Part shown: in pieces, positions 27,695 to 40,106 of the stretch
Layout: each line of letters opens with the position of its first letter
Position numbering within the stretch: position 1 is the first letter of the stretch
Assembly: GCF_006345805.1 (NCBI RefSeq)
Contig: NC_043005.1
Coordinates: 76,260,001-76,324,000, forward strand
DNA: 64,000 nt
From: Octopus sinensis
Lineage: Eukaryota
Direction: 5' to 3'
Position numbers and translations under genes: made by a program
The notes under the pieces: model-generated
What the model saw: the letters and a program-made list of their open reading frames with translations, nothing else
Told to the model about the DNA's origin: nothing
The model's database searches: none

Positions 27695-27696
<2 letters not shown>
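26296..27696 (+). mobile_element. L1/Tx1-clade LINE copy 2, older, internally deleted; ORF1-like piece joined to ORF2 pieces
   Basis: ESRTPRCHLCHSENYLKIDW resembles a decayed CCHC knuckle; from ~26616 it matches ORF2 (EAFQQHFARL, SPGLD, FRPITLLNAD); jumps at ~27204 to the C-terminus; ends in (TATC)n. Confidence 0.8.
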
Positions 27697-27790
<94 letters not shown>

Positions 27791-30623
27791 GGGTAGAGAT
27801 AGGAATAGACGGGGATGCAAATGCCTCAGAGACCTGCTCAGACGCTTTCAACTGTCTGACAGGTTCCGACTAGACTACCCGAATGCGCCAACGTGGACAT
27901 GGAGCAACCGCATCGGGTCGTCGAGATCGTATCTAGATAGGATACTGTGTAGGACAGTAGACAGAGATAGCATAGGATATCCACAATTCCACATAGTCAG
28001 CTACACGGATCACAAACTTGTGACATGTACGCTAGACTTAGGTAAGACACTTAGGCAGGGTCCCGGATACTGGAAACTAAACGCGTCTTTCCCATCGAGA
28101 CAGGTTTTCAGAGACCGGATTAGCACACTAGTAAAGAGGGCTTTGACGGGAGCCATCATCAACAACAAATGGTGGTTTGCCCTCAAGAGAGCAGTAAAAG
28201 CAGAAGCGATCAGGTACAGCAAAGCACTAGCCATAGATAGAAATAGAGTAGAGGGTAAGCTAGTTAAGAAGCTAGAAGAGGCAATTAGAAGCGGCTTCGC
28301 ATCCGACGTTTTGGCGGCGAGGTTGGCCCTCGACCAACACTTCAACGCCAAACACGAAGGATGTGCTGTCAGAGCTAGGATGCGTGCTCTAAGGAACGAA
28401 GGTGTTGGAGCCGCGAGAGAGGCCCGGGTGGCAGAGGCGCAACAGGGCAACAAAGCCACCATTCGGTCCTTGGTAGATGAACAGGGGCGCGAATTTCTCG
28501 AGCCAAGTAAAATGTGTGAGGCCTTTCAGCAGCATTTTGCCCGACTGTTCGGAACGAGTGGAGGGCAAGAACGTAGGGTGGACTTCAGTGCCTACCTACA
28601 TAGCCTACCACGACTCTCGACAAGAAAGGCAGGGTGCTGCGAAGGTGCCATCACGGCGGCGGAAGTGCAGGAAGCGATGGCAGAATGCTCGAGGGACAAA
28701 TCACCGGGTTTGGATGGTCTACCCTACGAGCTTTACAATTGTATGCCAGACTTGTTTGGAGATCTCTTGGCGGCGGTGTACTGCAACTGGCAGCAAAACG
28801 GGAGCATTCCTGGTTTTGTGAGCCGAGGAGCCGTAACACTGCTGAAGAAAGATCTAAACAAGGGAAATGTAATAGATAACTTTAGGCCCATCACTCTGCT
28901 TAATGCAGACTTGAAAATTTTGGCCAAGGTGCTAGCCAAGAGGTTGGCGCTTGTCATCGAGAAACTGGTCGACAAGGCGCAAACATGCGCCGTGCCAGGC
29001 CGGACCATCCACAACCTCCACCTGATGCGCTACATCATAGACAGGATAGTTAACGAACCTGGCATGGGTGGGGCGCTGATCAATTTGGATCAATCGAAAG
29101 CTTTCGATAGGGTGGACCATCGATACTTGGAGGCGGTCCTCGGAGCGGCTGGCTTCGGTCCCGTCTTCCGCGGCTGGATAGCCGCTTTGTACAGAGGCAT
29201 CCGTTCGGTAATTCGCGTGAATGGACATCTATCGAGACCCTTCGACATCGCACGTTCGGTCCGTCAGGGATGCCCCCTCTCGTCGCTTCTATACGTATTG
29301 ACTCTCGAGCCATTATTGCGGAAGCTGGCAACCTTGAGAGGCATCCCGCGAGAACTGGGATGCGGGACGAGCGTGTCTGCATACGCGGACGACGTCACCG
29401 TCATAGTGTCTAGCCACGAGCACATCGAGCAGGTCGGCGAGACACTGAAAAACTACGAAGCGGTGACAGGAGCGAAAATCAACCGGGAAAAGTCAGTGGG
29501 CTTGCGACTAGGCACCTGGAGAAGCAAGCCCATGCCGTCCACCAGCGCCTCCGTCGTGGGACGCTGGACCGACGGCCCGGTTGAGTTGCTCGGGGTCTGG
29601 TTTGGTCCGGACCTCCAAGTGGAGAAGAACTGGAACGAGATAACGAGTAGGGTGGTCACTCTCGCCCGGCAATGGGCCGAGAGGAAACTGGGGCGAACCT
29701 GGACGTCGACGAGGAGTACCTGACCCGCCTGTTCAGGACGACTTTCGGGCCAGGGCCCATGGACAACTTCCAGAGATCCCTGGCCTGGCAGTGCTACCGA
29801 GAAGCGCTACCCGTTCGGGAAAAGCTCTACAGACACGGCTCGAGAAACACGGGGCCGACCTGCCCGAGATGCGGTCAGAGCGACGAAACCGTTCTGCACG
29901 CACTCGTGCAGTGTCCAACAATTTCCGACCTGTGGGCTTATGTCGAACAACTGCTGTCACGTGTGGGACGAGTCGTTTATCAGCTGAGTCTATCGTCAAT
30001 ATTGTCACGCCTCCTTCCTTCAAACGGGAAGGAAGAGCTATTTTCATCATCCTTGTGGCTATGGCGAAGGAATGTATCTGGTGGACGCGTCTGAAAGGAT
30101 TGGAGACAAACACTTTCCTCTCTGGTCAATCTCTCATCAACTTCTTCAAGTACCACTTGAAAAGGAAAGTGAGAGTAGAGAGGCAAGTTTTGTCTAGCGA
30201 ATGTTTTAAAAAAAGATGGGTGAATGTAGCAAGAATGGCACGTATGAATGACGAAGCCACCTTGAGCATGATCCTATGAACCCAGAAATTGAAAACAGAG
30301 AGTTGCTTATTATGTGACTCCATTGACCGAGGTTACCGTGGTGTTTTCCGTAGGCTTTTCTTTCCACGGGTAAACCTCACCTGTCCTCCCCTTTACACTT
30401 CATATTGACATTTCTGTGATAACGATCCCCATTGATCAATTTTTTTTTTCTTCCTCTCCCCCTTTTTTTTGTCCTCTTTCTCTCCTTTTACGATCCCTTT
30501 TGATCGAAACTCCCCCTTCCTTTTTTTTTTTTTTTAAACCTTCAAAAGAAAAGCTCTACCTTGTAATTTGTTCTATCTGTGTGCAGCCCTGTGTGGCTAA
30601 TAAAGAAACATATCTATCTATCT
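27791..30623 (+). mobile_element. L1/Tx1-clade LINE copy 3, truncated within the APE endonuclease, with a 487-bp internal deletion
   Basis: Open frame 27792-29723: TWTWS..SYLDRIL and YTDH (APE), WKLNAS, SPGLDGLPYELY, DQSKAFDRVDH, RQGCPLS, YADD; C-terminal CPRC..ETVLHALVQC; (TATC)n tail. Confidence 0.95.
27792..29723 (+). pseudogene. ORF2 fragment (APE C-terminal half plus complete RT core), frameshifted by the deletion at 29690/29691
   Basis: The 567-aa track ORF extends 76 codons upstream in frame without a stop. Confidence 0.88.
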
Positions 30624-32114
30624 AACGAGATAACGAGTAGGGTGGTCACTCTCGCCCGGCAATGGGCCGAGAGGAAACTGTCCCTAAAAGGTCGGGCGGA
30701 GGTGGCGAACACGTACATCGCGTCCATCATCTACTACCGCCTGACCGTCGTACCTTGTCCCGACCCTACCATCACCAAACTAGAACGCATTCTCTTCCGC
30801 TTCTTGTGGAAAGGATGTGTCCCGATGGTCAGGCGATCCATTTGCTGTCAACACCCGTTAAAAGGAGGGCTGGGTAGGCCGTGATTGATGATGCGCAGAC
30901 ACGCGCTGAGACTGAGACATCTCCGGCTCTATGTAGACGACGGTGAACAGGTGTGGTCGCCGTTTGTGAGGTACGCTTTCCCGCAGCTCGTCTCCATGAC
31001 CGAACTGCAGTCGTGGATCAAAAAGAGGCCGAGGAAGGGCGAATGGCACCGCGAGTATCGCGTTGCTCTCAAGCAACTCTGCCGTCCCGGGTCGACCTTG
31101 AGTGACTTCAACACAACCAAAGCATTCTATAGGGGATTAGTGGAGGGGAGGTATGACGACGATCTTGGGGTAAACCTGGGCGTCGACGAGGAATACCTGA
31201 CCCGCCTGCTTGAAACGACTTTCGGGCCGGGACCTATGGACAACTTCAAGAGATCCCTGGCCTGGCGGTGCTACCGAGAAGCGCTACCCGTTCGGGATAA
31301 GCTCTATAGGTATGGCTCGAGAAACACGGGGCCGACCTGCCCGAGATGCGGGCAGAGCGACGAAACCGCTCTGCACGCAATCGTGCAGTGTCCAGCAATT
31401 TCCGACCTGTGGGCCTATGTCGAACGACTGCTGTCACGTGTGGGACGTGTCGGTTTATCAGCCGAGTCTATCGTTAATGTTGTCACGCCTCCTTCCTTCA
31501 AACGGGAAGGAAGAGCTATTTTTATCATCCTTGTGGCTATGGCGAAAGAATGTATCTGGTGGACGCGCCTGAAAGGATTAGAAACAAACACTTTCCTCTC
31601 TGGTCAATCTCTCATCAACTTCTTCAAGTATCACTTGAAGAGGAAAGTGAGAGTAGAGAGGCAAGTTTTGTCTAGTGAATGTTTTAAAAAAAGATGGGTG
31701 AATGTAGCAAGGATGGCACGTATGAATGACGAAGCCACCTTGACTATGATTCTATGAACCGTAAAAATTAATACAGAGAGTTGCTTATTTGCAAAAAAAA
31801 AAGAAATATAACATGTGACTTCATTGACCGAAGTTACCGTGGTCTTTTCTGTAGGCTTTTCTTTCCACGGGTAAACCTCACCTGTCCTCCCCTTTACACT
31901 TCATATTGACATTTCTGTGATAACGATCTCTATTGATCATTTTTTCCTCCCCCCTTTTTAAAAAACATTTATTCACCTCTTTTTTGTCCTCTTTCTTTCC
32001 CTTTACGATCCCTTTTGATCGAAAACCAAACCCCCTTTTTTACCCCCAAAAGAAAAACTCTACCTTGTAATTTGTCCTGTCTGTGTGCAGCCCTGTGTGG
32101 CTAATAAAGAAACA
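30624..32114 (+). mobile_element. L1/Tx1-clade LINE copy 4, 5'-truncated after the RT core
   Basis: LSLKGRAEVAN..RFLW..GGLG.P, one in-frame TGA at 30882-30884, then 290 aa with a CCHC knuckle; (TATC)n at 32115-32196. Confidence 0.95.
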
Positions 32115-32184
<70 letters not shown>

Positions 32185-32694
32185 GCTATCTATCTACGTC
32201 TTCTCCTTTCACAATAACTAGTTGTCTGACTTTGCGATAATATAAAAATGCAGTATAATGATGCAACGTAACCATAATGGTGCATTGTCAATAGACAACA
32301 TTATAACAGCGTCTATTAATATTAACCAAAAATATCCGCGTAATCCCTTTGTATAACATCACACTTCATACAATATCACACTGGATGACCACAGCATAAA
32401 GGTGGTCGGTTCATTGTATTTAGAAACAAATCATTTGTTAGTAGCAACATGCATGCATATATAAAAGCACAGCGTAGTTACGGCATGTAATTTCGAAAGA
32501 AGAATCGCTCATTTTATTACAAAGAAATATCTATCAATAGTTCTCAATTGTTTCTAGTACTTGTGGTGTTATGAATGAAATCATTGTCAACAGGTTCCTT
32601 GTTCGAAATCAGAAATAATAGATAAAGTTAGATTACGGATATTCGTAACTTGTTGATTGGTTTAGTTTGTGACTCCAATGTGTAGTAACTACAG

Positions 32695-32880
32695 CGAGGT
32701 TGCGTGGCCTAATGATTAGAGTGATGCACTCACGATTGCGAGGTTGTGGTTTCGACTCACGGATTGGACGGTAAGTTGTGTTGTTGAGCAAAAACATTTC
32801 CTTTTACGTTGCTTTGTGATCATTTTGACATCTGACGTGTTGCACATTTTGCATCTGTGCTGGCAAAGTGAATTTGACGA
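32695..32880 (+). mobile_element. SINE with family C-like head, diverged
   Basis: GCGTGGCCTAATGATTAGAGTG..GGTTTCGACTC..GTTGAGCAAAAACATTTC. Confidence 0.6.
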
Positions 32881-33069
32881 AGGAAATGAATTCATAAACT
32901 AAACAAACATTTGATGACTATAAACACAAAATCTGAGGAGAGTGCTTAGAAAGTTACTGCGGAAACATCTTTCTTGGACTCCAGAATCTACCAATTAGAA
33001 GAACAAAAGGGATGAGACGAAATAACTGACGGAAAAGTGCGAACAGAAGCGGCCGAAATGTGTTTTTCT

Positions 33070-33400
33070 TCGGTAGGACCTCCGGAGTAACGTTACTCAA
33101 CAAGGTACATAGTTCGGTGATTAGAGAGTTTCGTCACCAGGTTTAGTCGCTACTTTTCTATACTGCGGAGTCATACGATTAGAGCGTCGCAAGACTGATT
33201 ATTCAAGCCGAGCAAATCGACAGAGACCTAGGAGAAGACCAAGAACAAGATGGTTGGATGATCTCCAAAATCTCAGCTGGTCACACTTGAGAATCCAGCT
33301 GGACGGTGTAATGACCGTTACTTCTGATAGGGCCCTATGGAAAGATGCCTGAGGACTCTAGCCTCAAAACTTTTCCAGAAATGGTGGGCAAAGAAGTAGG
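33070..33400 (+). mobile_element. RTE-like LINE 3' coding remnant
   Basis: RPRTRWLDDLQNLSWSHL..DRALWK. Confidence 0.5.
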
Positions 33401-35310
33401 GTGGACGGAAAAATATTGATTGGTGAATAGACAGATGGTGTGTAGCTCTTGCCATCTGAGCTGAATATAACACCACTGAAAGGATCTAGAAAGATCGAAA
33501 TCTATAAAAAAAATGTCTCAGTTGAATTGTCTAATAATGTTGGAGTTACGTCCCATGCTTGTTTGTTTTAGGTTTATAAACACCTCCCAGTGGAAGTATT
33601 TGTCTTCTAATTGCATGATTAATCTCAGTTGATCGAAGTTGTTGTATTTACTGTTACATATATAAGATCCTCCTCTACATGTGCAACACATCCCTGAAAC
33701 CAGATGTGTTATAACTAGAACACACCGACGCCTTTCTTACTCGATTCATTTTTATATCTAAATATGAAACAGAAGACGATTTGTCTAGTTAACAACGTAG
33801 GCGACGACTCAATAGAGCAGTCTTTATATGGCTGATTGAGCTGTTGAAAATAACAGCTAAGTTCTTAATTCACACCCTGCTGTCTTAAAATGAATAAACC
33901 AGCTCATGTGGTCAAAGGTTTTATCCACAGGGGATAAACAGTTGTCAGGGTCCAAGCTGGAACGCTCTCAAAATAGGGTCTACTTCAGGTTAAGCAACAA
34001 CAACAACAGCAGCAGCAATGATGTTAATGAGAAAAAATGTGAGTGTTCGTTTCTTAGAAATAGCAGTCAAATTTCCCTCAAATCGCATAAAAGAGCATTG
34101 GACTCTTATGTTGCAGATACAACAGTGTGAACATGAACGTGATGTTTACAATTGAAATGTCTTTGATAATGGACGTGCATTCAAGACTATCCATCATGGA
34201 CCAACGAAGGCGGCAATGTGGTCACTGAATTCTATAGATATAGCAGCTAAATCTCCATGAACTCACCATCTTATATTTTAAGAATTATAGATTCACTGGA
34301 TAATAACATTGAAACTGACTCTGCGATTGGAATGACTTTGATTATATGTTTACTCGGGGTAGTTTTTGGACTAAGAACAACAAAAAAGAACACTTAAGTC
34401 AGTGAAGATTGTTCGAGCAAAGCAGCTCTCTTTTAAATATGGGTGTAGATCCTAGTTTATGTTTGAATCTCCACCCAGAAATTCAGGCAAATGTCTCTTA
34501 CCATATCTTCGGGTTGATCAATAACCTGTCAACGGAATACTACTGACAAAACTGCGTAAATACTTCTTGTTACACTCTTCACACAGAGAAAATTCAAGAT
34601 TATACTGGAATATTTCATGAGTGTTCGACATTAATCTCAAGATAAGCAAACTTCAGTCTTTATCTCAAGATGCGAAGTTATAACAATCGCGATTTAAAAC
34701 AAATACAAACCAAATCTTAGTTGAAATGGTTAGATTAATTTGCATATCGTACATTTATCAACAGCATAATTAAATAACTAATAAATATTTTATGTACAAA
34801 CAGCACGTATTAGGAAATCTAACATAAATTTAAGGTAGTTGGGATCACATTTTATTACATATTTGCAAGATGAATTTAATGCATTGCAATACATAAAGAT
34901 ACATCCATGCTACGTGCGTACGATGGCGCATCCCTATAAAGTGCACACACAAAAGTTTAAAAAAATAGGAAAGAATATAGAATAAATGGTAAGTATATTT
35001 CAGTTGGAGGTCACGTATATTCACATATTTATAGATTTTGAAACATTGAGGAATTGATATTTATAAGTAAGAAAGAAAAATAAAGGCTATAATATATAAA
35101 GCATATATCTATATAAAATTACGGAATATAACGTATATCTGTCGACAATTTATGAACATTTCTTTAACACACTCTATAAATTTTCGTAGCTATGACGTAT
35201 TCTTTCTCTGTCCGCATCTCATTCTCTCTGCCTTTCTCTCTCTCTTCCCCTCTCTCCCTGTCTTTCTCTCTCTCACTATATATATATATATATATATGTA
35301 TAATATGTAC

Positions 35311-35380
<70 letters not shown>

Positions 35381-35509
35381 GTATATGTAAGTTTATATGT
35401 ATGTATGTATAAGCATATTTATTTGTATGTGTATTGATATGTGTGTATACGTCTATACATATGCATATACATACATATAATAATATATATATATATATAT
35501 ATAATATAT

Positions 35510-35886
35510 GTAGAGGCGCAATGGCCCAGTGGTGAGGGCAGCGGACTCGCGGTCGTAGGATCGCGGTTTCGATTCCCAGACCGGGCGTTGTGAGTGTTTA
35601 TTGAGCGAAAACACCTAAAGCTCCACGAGGCTCCGGCAGAGATAGTGGTGATCCTGCTGTACTCTTTCACCACAACTTTCTCTTACTTCCAGTTTCTGTT
35701 TTACCTGTATTTCAAAGGGTCGGCCTTGTCACTCTCTGTGTCACGCTGAATATCCCCGAGAACTACGTTAAGGGTACACGTGTCTGTGGAGTGCTCAGCC
35801 ACTTACACGTTAATTTCACGAGCAGGCTGTTCCGTTGATCGGATCAACCGGAACCCTCGTCGTCTTAACCGACGGAGTGTTTCCAT
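35510..35886 (+). mobile_element. tRNA-derived SINE family B, full length
   Basis: TGGCCCAGTGG A box, GGTTTCGATTCC B box; head shared with 13104. Confidence 0.85.
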
Positions 35887-35935
35887 CCCATAATATATAT
35901 ATATTTATATATATATACACAGACACACAAACACT

Positions 35936-35984
<49 letters not shown>

Positions 35985-36025
35985 GTTCATATTTACCTGC
36001 ATATATTTTTATATAATACTAGCAG

Positions 36026-36230
36026 AGATACCCGACATTGCTCGTGTTACATACAATTGAAGAATTAGACTTTTCTGTTATATTTTCTCTATGTTTCGAA
36101 TTTCATCAAAATTACAGATGAGGGTTATTTCCCACTTTACACCCCAACAAAAATTGTAATCGTGCCACATATATCCCATATTACTGATTTTTATGCGCAT
36201 ATTCCAAAATTCCAGTCTCATAGAACCTGT
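36026..36230 (+). mobile_element. Possible 5' end of a non-autonomous Helentron/HINE-like element
   Basis: TACTAGCAGAGATACCCGACATTGCTCG resembles HINE subterminal starts; recall-based. Confidence 0.35.
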
Positions 36231-36592
36231 TAAAAGGATTTTGCTCCTGAAAAATGGAGGTTATGGAGCTCTAAAATGTGAGAATTATTGGGAGTGGGCA
36301 TCTTAATGTCAACCAGAGAAGTTGAATTGTTGAGAATCTTTTTTACTTGGGTCTTATATCTATTGTTTGAATTTCTTTGAAATAGGAAATGTATGTTCAC
36401 TGGGTTTGTAAAAGAGAGCAAAGCTACAGGAAACCAAAAGACGAATGATCAAAATAAGCAGTCAGTTACCCTACCCTAGTAGTTACCACTCCCAATGTAG
36501 AATATCATGTCAATAGTTGATCTGCTTCTTCTAAAGCCACACTGCGATTCTGAATAAATCCGAGAAGCAAGCAGGATAATGTGAGCTAAGGC

Positions 36593-37735
36593 CTTTCAAA
36601 CAGTGCTTAGAAGAGATATTCCACGGTAATTGTTACAATCACCACGGTCACCTTTGTTTGTGTAAAGCGTAATGATGTTAGCATCCCGCATATCGTGAGG
36701 GACTGTACCCTCTCCCCAGCACTGAGTGTTTTTGCCGGTTTTGATGATCTCTAAGGGGATGACGTTTTTTCCGGGAGCCTTGTTACTTGCTAGGGAGTCA
36801 ATAGCCTTGGTGAGCTCTGCTATAGATAGCAGACTGTCAAGTTTACACATGACTAGCAAGATCTTGACATCCTCCATGCAGCTTCAGCTACCTGGTCTCC
36901 CGTGAGTAGAGATCCTGGTAGTCCTCCACCCATCTCTCCATTTGCTTGCTTTCGTCCTTGATGAGATCTCCAGCAGTTGATTTCAGAGGGGCTGACTTGA
37001 TTGCGGATGGACCGAGGGTCTTCTTCAAACCGGCATACATCCCATGGGTGTCGCCACTGTCAGCAGCTGACTGGATACTCTGACAGATTACCTATTTGCA
37101 CAGCGTCTGGCAGTCAGTTGGGTTTTATTTCTTGCCTTTCTGAGTTCTTCGAGTGACTTTGTAGAAGAATCACTCTTGTATTGCATCAGAGCTGCACGCT
37201 TTGCTTCGATAACTGTTTCCAGCTCTGAGAGCCCAGCACTAAACCAATCTGGGTTTTGCCTTTCTCTCATGCCGAAAGTATCTATTGATGTGGTATACAA
37301 AGCTTCCCTGATATAATTCCACCTGATTTCAGCAGAGGAGGTTGGGCAGCTACTGAGGGCAACCTTGATGGAAACAGCAAAACATTTTCGCACTGTAGGG
37401 TCCGAGGTTCTGGCAGTGTTAATGCGTGGTCGGCCCATTTTCTTGGAGTAATGGACTTTGTTAGACAGAATCCTCACCCTGCTTCTTATTAGTGAATGAT
37501 GTATGTCACCATCCGCACTGTGGTAACTACGGGTCAGTTGAACAGAATTCAGAAAGGATCTTCGCGTCTTGATGAGATCCAGCTGATGCCAGTGGTGAGA
37601 TATTAGATGTCTCCAAGATGCTTTGTGGGATATCTTGTTGGCATAGAATGTGTTGGTGATGCACGGGTTATGGTATGTGCAAAATTCAAGTAGTCGCTGA
37701 CCATTGACATTCATGTTGCCAATACCAAAACACAT
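36593..37735 (-). mobile_element. RTE-clade LINE fragment (endonuclease C-half to start of RT)
   Basis: NGQRLLEFC..ITNTF..HWHQLDLI..YHSAD; KAPG; PHDMRDANIITLYTNKGDRGDCNNYRGISLLS. Confidence 0.92.
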
Positions 37736-37984
37736 ACACTTACATATATACATACATATATATACGATTGATTTGTTTCAGTTCCTGTCTACATATATAT
37801 GTACACACACACACACACACACAACACACACACACCACACAACCCACCACACACACACACACACACACACAAAGATAAATTGATAGATACAACTGAGTGG
37901 GCAAACAAAAATATGAGACACTGCGTAGTGCTTTTTTATATTGTGATAAGCCTGATACTTATTCTATCAGTTTCTTCTTGTGAA

Positions 37985-38250
37985 AACAGTAAGTTATGGG
38001 GATGTAAATAAATGAACACCAGTTGTGAAGCAGTGATGAAGGAGAAACACAGACACACACATAGACTTACATATATACATACATACAATTGATTTCTTTC
38101 AGTTTCTGTCAACAAAATCCACTGACAAGGCTTTGTTTGGTCTGAGGCTTTAGCAGAAGACACGTGCCAAGTTACCACACAGTGGGACTGAACTGAAGAC
38201 CATGTGTTTTGGAACGAAGTTTGTTACCACACAGCCAAACCTGCACCTAT
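37985..38250 (-). mobile_element. SINE family D, diverged
   Basis: CAGTGGGACTGAAC..TTACCACACAGCC head and TTCTTTCAGTTTC. Confidence 0.7.
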
Positions 38251-38431
38251 GTATGTGTGTGTGGGTGGGTAGGTGGAGGAGTGTGTATGGGTGTATATGT
38301 GTATGCATGTATAATGTGTATATATATATATATGTTTATATATTACATGTATATCTATATATATACATCTAGACATATATGTATACATATACATGTATAC
38401 ATATACAGCTATACATATACATCTATATAAG

Positions 38432-39072
38432 TTTAACATTAAGGATAATCTCTTAATAAGGGATCTTAACAAGAAATTATCGGGCAGCTAGCGTGAAAAC
38501 CTCATAAAAGAAAAGAATTCGAAAATAATTTTTTTCTTGAACAAATTAATTATATCTATATTGTATAGAGGGCATTATTACACATAAATGCCTCACACTA
38601 AGAGGGACAAAAGTCATACTACCAAAATTATACTAATCATACCCAAATGCAGTTTTTCAAAGCAAGACATTTAAAAAATGAATTTAGTTCTGTATCACCA
38701 TGATTTCACATTCAACTTACGTCTTATGATCATCAGCAGAACTGATTCTGAACACATCATAAATAACTACCAACCTTACGTAGCGAAGACGAACAGACAA
38801 CTGCTCACTCCGGCAAGCACATGGAATGTTTATAAATCATATATCCGTTAAATGGCGGGCTTTTTACGAACTGCATGTCGGATAATGAAAAATATTCGGA
38901 ATAATTTAACAATTAAGGATAATCTCTTAATAAGGGATCTTAACAAGAAATTATCGGGCAGCTAGCGTGAAAAACTCTCATAAAAGAAAAGAATTCGAAA
39001 AATTTTTTTTTCTTTTGAACAAATTAATTATATCTATATTGTATAGAGGGCATATTACATATGCCCTCTATA
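38432..39072 (-). repeat. ~1.35 units of a 474-bp tandem repeat carrying a hammerhead (family HH2)
   Basis: A ~165-bp direct repeat with AAGGATAATCTC at 38441 and 38915 (offset 474); TA-rich flanks. Confidence 0.85.
38686..38743 (-). ncRNA. Type I hammerhead ribozyme fold (HH2)
   Basis: Minus strand: AGTTCTG-CTGATGA-[T CAT AA GAC GTAA GTT GA ATG T]-GAAA-TCA TGG TG-ATA-CAGAACT. 7-bp stem I, GNRA-capped stem II, 4-bp stem III, AUA site. Confidence 0.85.
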
Positions 39073-39329
39073 TTACATATACATCTATATATATATACAT
39101 GTATATCTATATATATACATACATATATATTTACATACATATATTTACATACATATATATACACACACAATCATATATATATATATTATATATATATATA
39201 TATAATATATATATATAATATAATATAATAGAGAGCTGTTTTTATTTCACTTTAACACGTAATGCTGAAATAGTGGAGAGATATATTGCTGTGGGCCCGC
39301 CCTAGGCAAGCAGTTAAACATTATTTGCC

Positions 39330-39470
39330 ATGACACTACATGGACCCTAAGTAAGGCATGTCTAAAATTTGAATGAATTTGGTTGTGTAGTTCTCAAGTT
39401 TTAGGGATTCACACAGACAGACAGACATACACACATTCTCAGTTCTGTATATATAGAAAAGCTTTACATC
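39330..39470 (+). mobile_element. Possible 3' end of a Helentron/HINE-like element
   Basis: AAAATTTGAATGAATTTGGTTGTGTAGTTCTCAAG..ACAGACAGACAGACATAC..TATATATAGA pattern; recall-based. Confidence 0.4.
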
Positions 39471-39533
39471 TTTTATATAAAACGAAATACAAATACACAC
39501 ACACGCACACACAAACACACAGACATACACACA

Positions 39534-39573
<40 letters not shown>

Positions 39574-39897
39574 CACACACACTACACAAACACACATATG
39601 ATTTATGAACAATTTTTTTCGAAACTCTCTCAACTCCTACGGCTATGACATGTCGCCTGTTTGTAATTTTCGATCATAGAGTAAACAAAGTTTTAGAAAC
39701 AACATGTCTGTCCGTTGTCTAACCCTGGAAGAAAGTCGTGACACTCGAAATGTTGGTACCGTTCTAGGGTTGAGATCCAAAATAATTAAAAAAAGCATAC
39801 TCTTTTTTACATAGATTTTGTATTGTAAAGTGTATGGAAGATGTATCTTTTTGTATGAACTGTATGATAGGCTGTTTTATTATTTTCACTATATTAT

Positions 39898-39991
<94 letters not shown>

Positions 39992-40027
39992 GTATCTCCG
40001 TCCGATGGTGTATATATATATATATTA

Positions 40028-40058
<31 letters not shown>

Positions 40059-40106
40059 ATATATTATATAATTATATATGTATGTATGTATATATCTATG
40101 TATTAT

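Noticed and set aside
28020-29723. 567-aa ORF as an intact or domesticated gene
   Set aside because: 5'-truncated at a microsatellite, frameshifted by a deletion, and close paralogous fragments are adjacent.
32934-32960. CTGAGGA..GAAA motif
   Set aside because: Stems I-III do not form.
35510-35590. tRNA genes at SINE heads
   Set aside because: A/B boxes are present but continue into shared SINE bodies with tails and, in several copies, TSDs; no complete cloverleaf.
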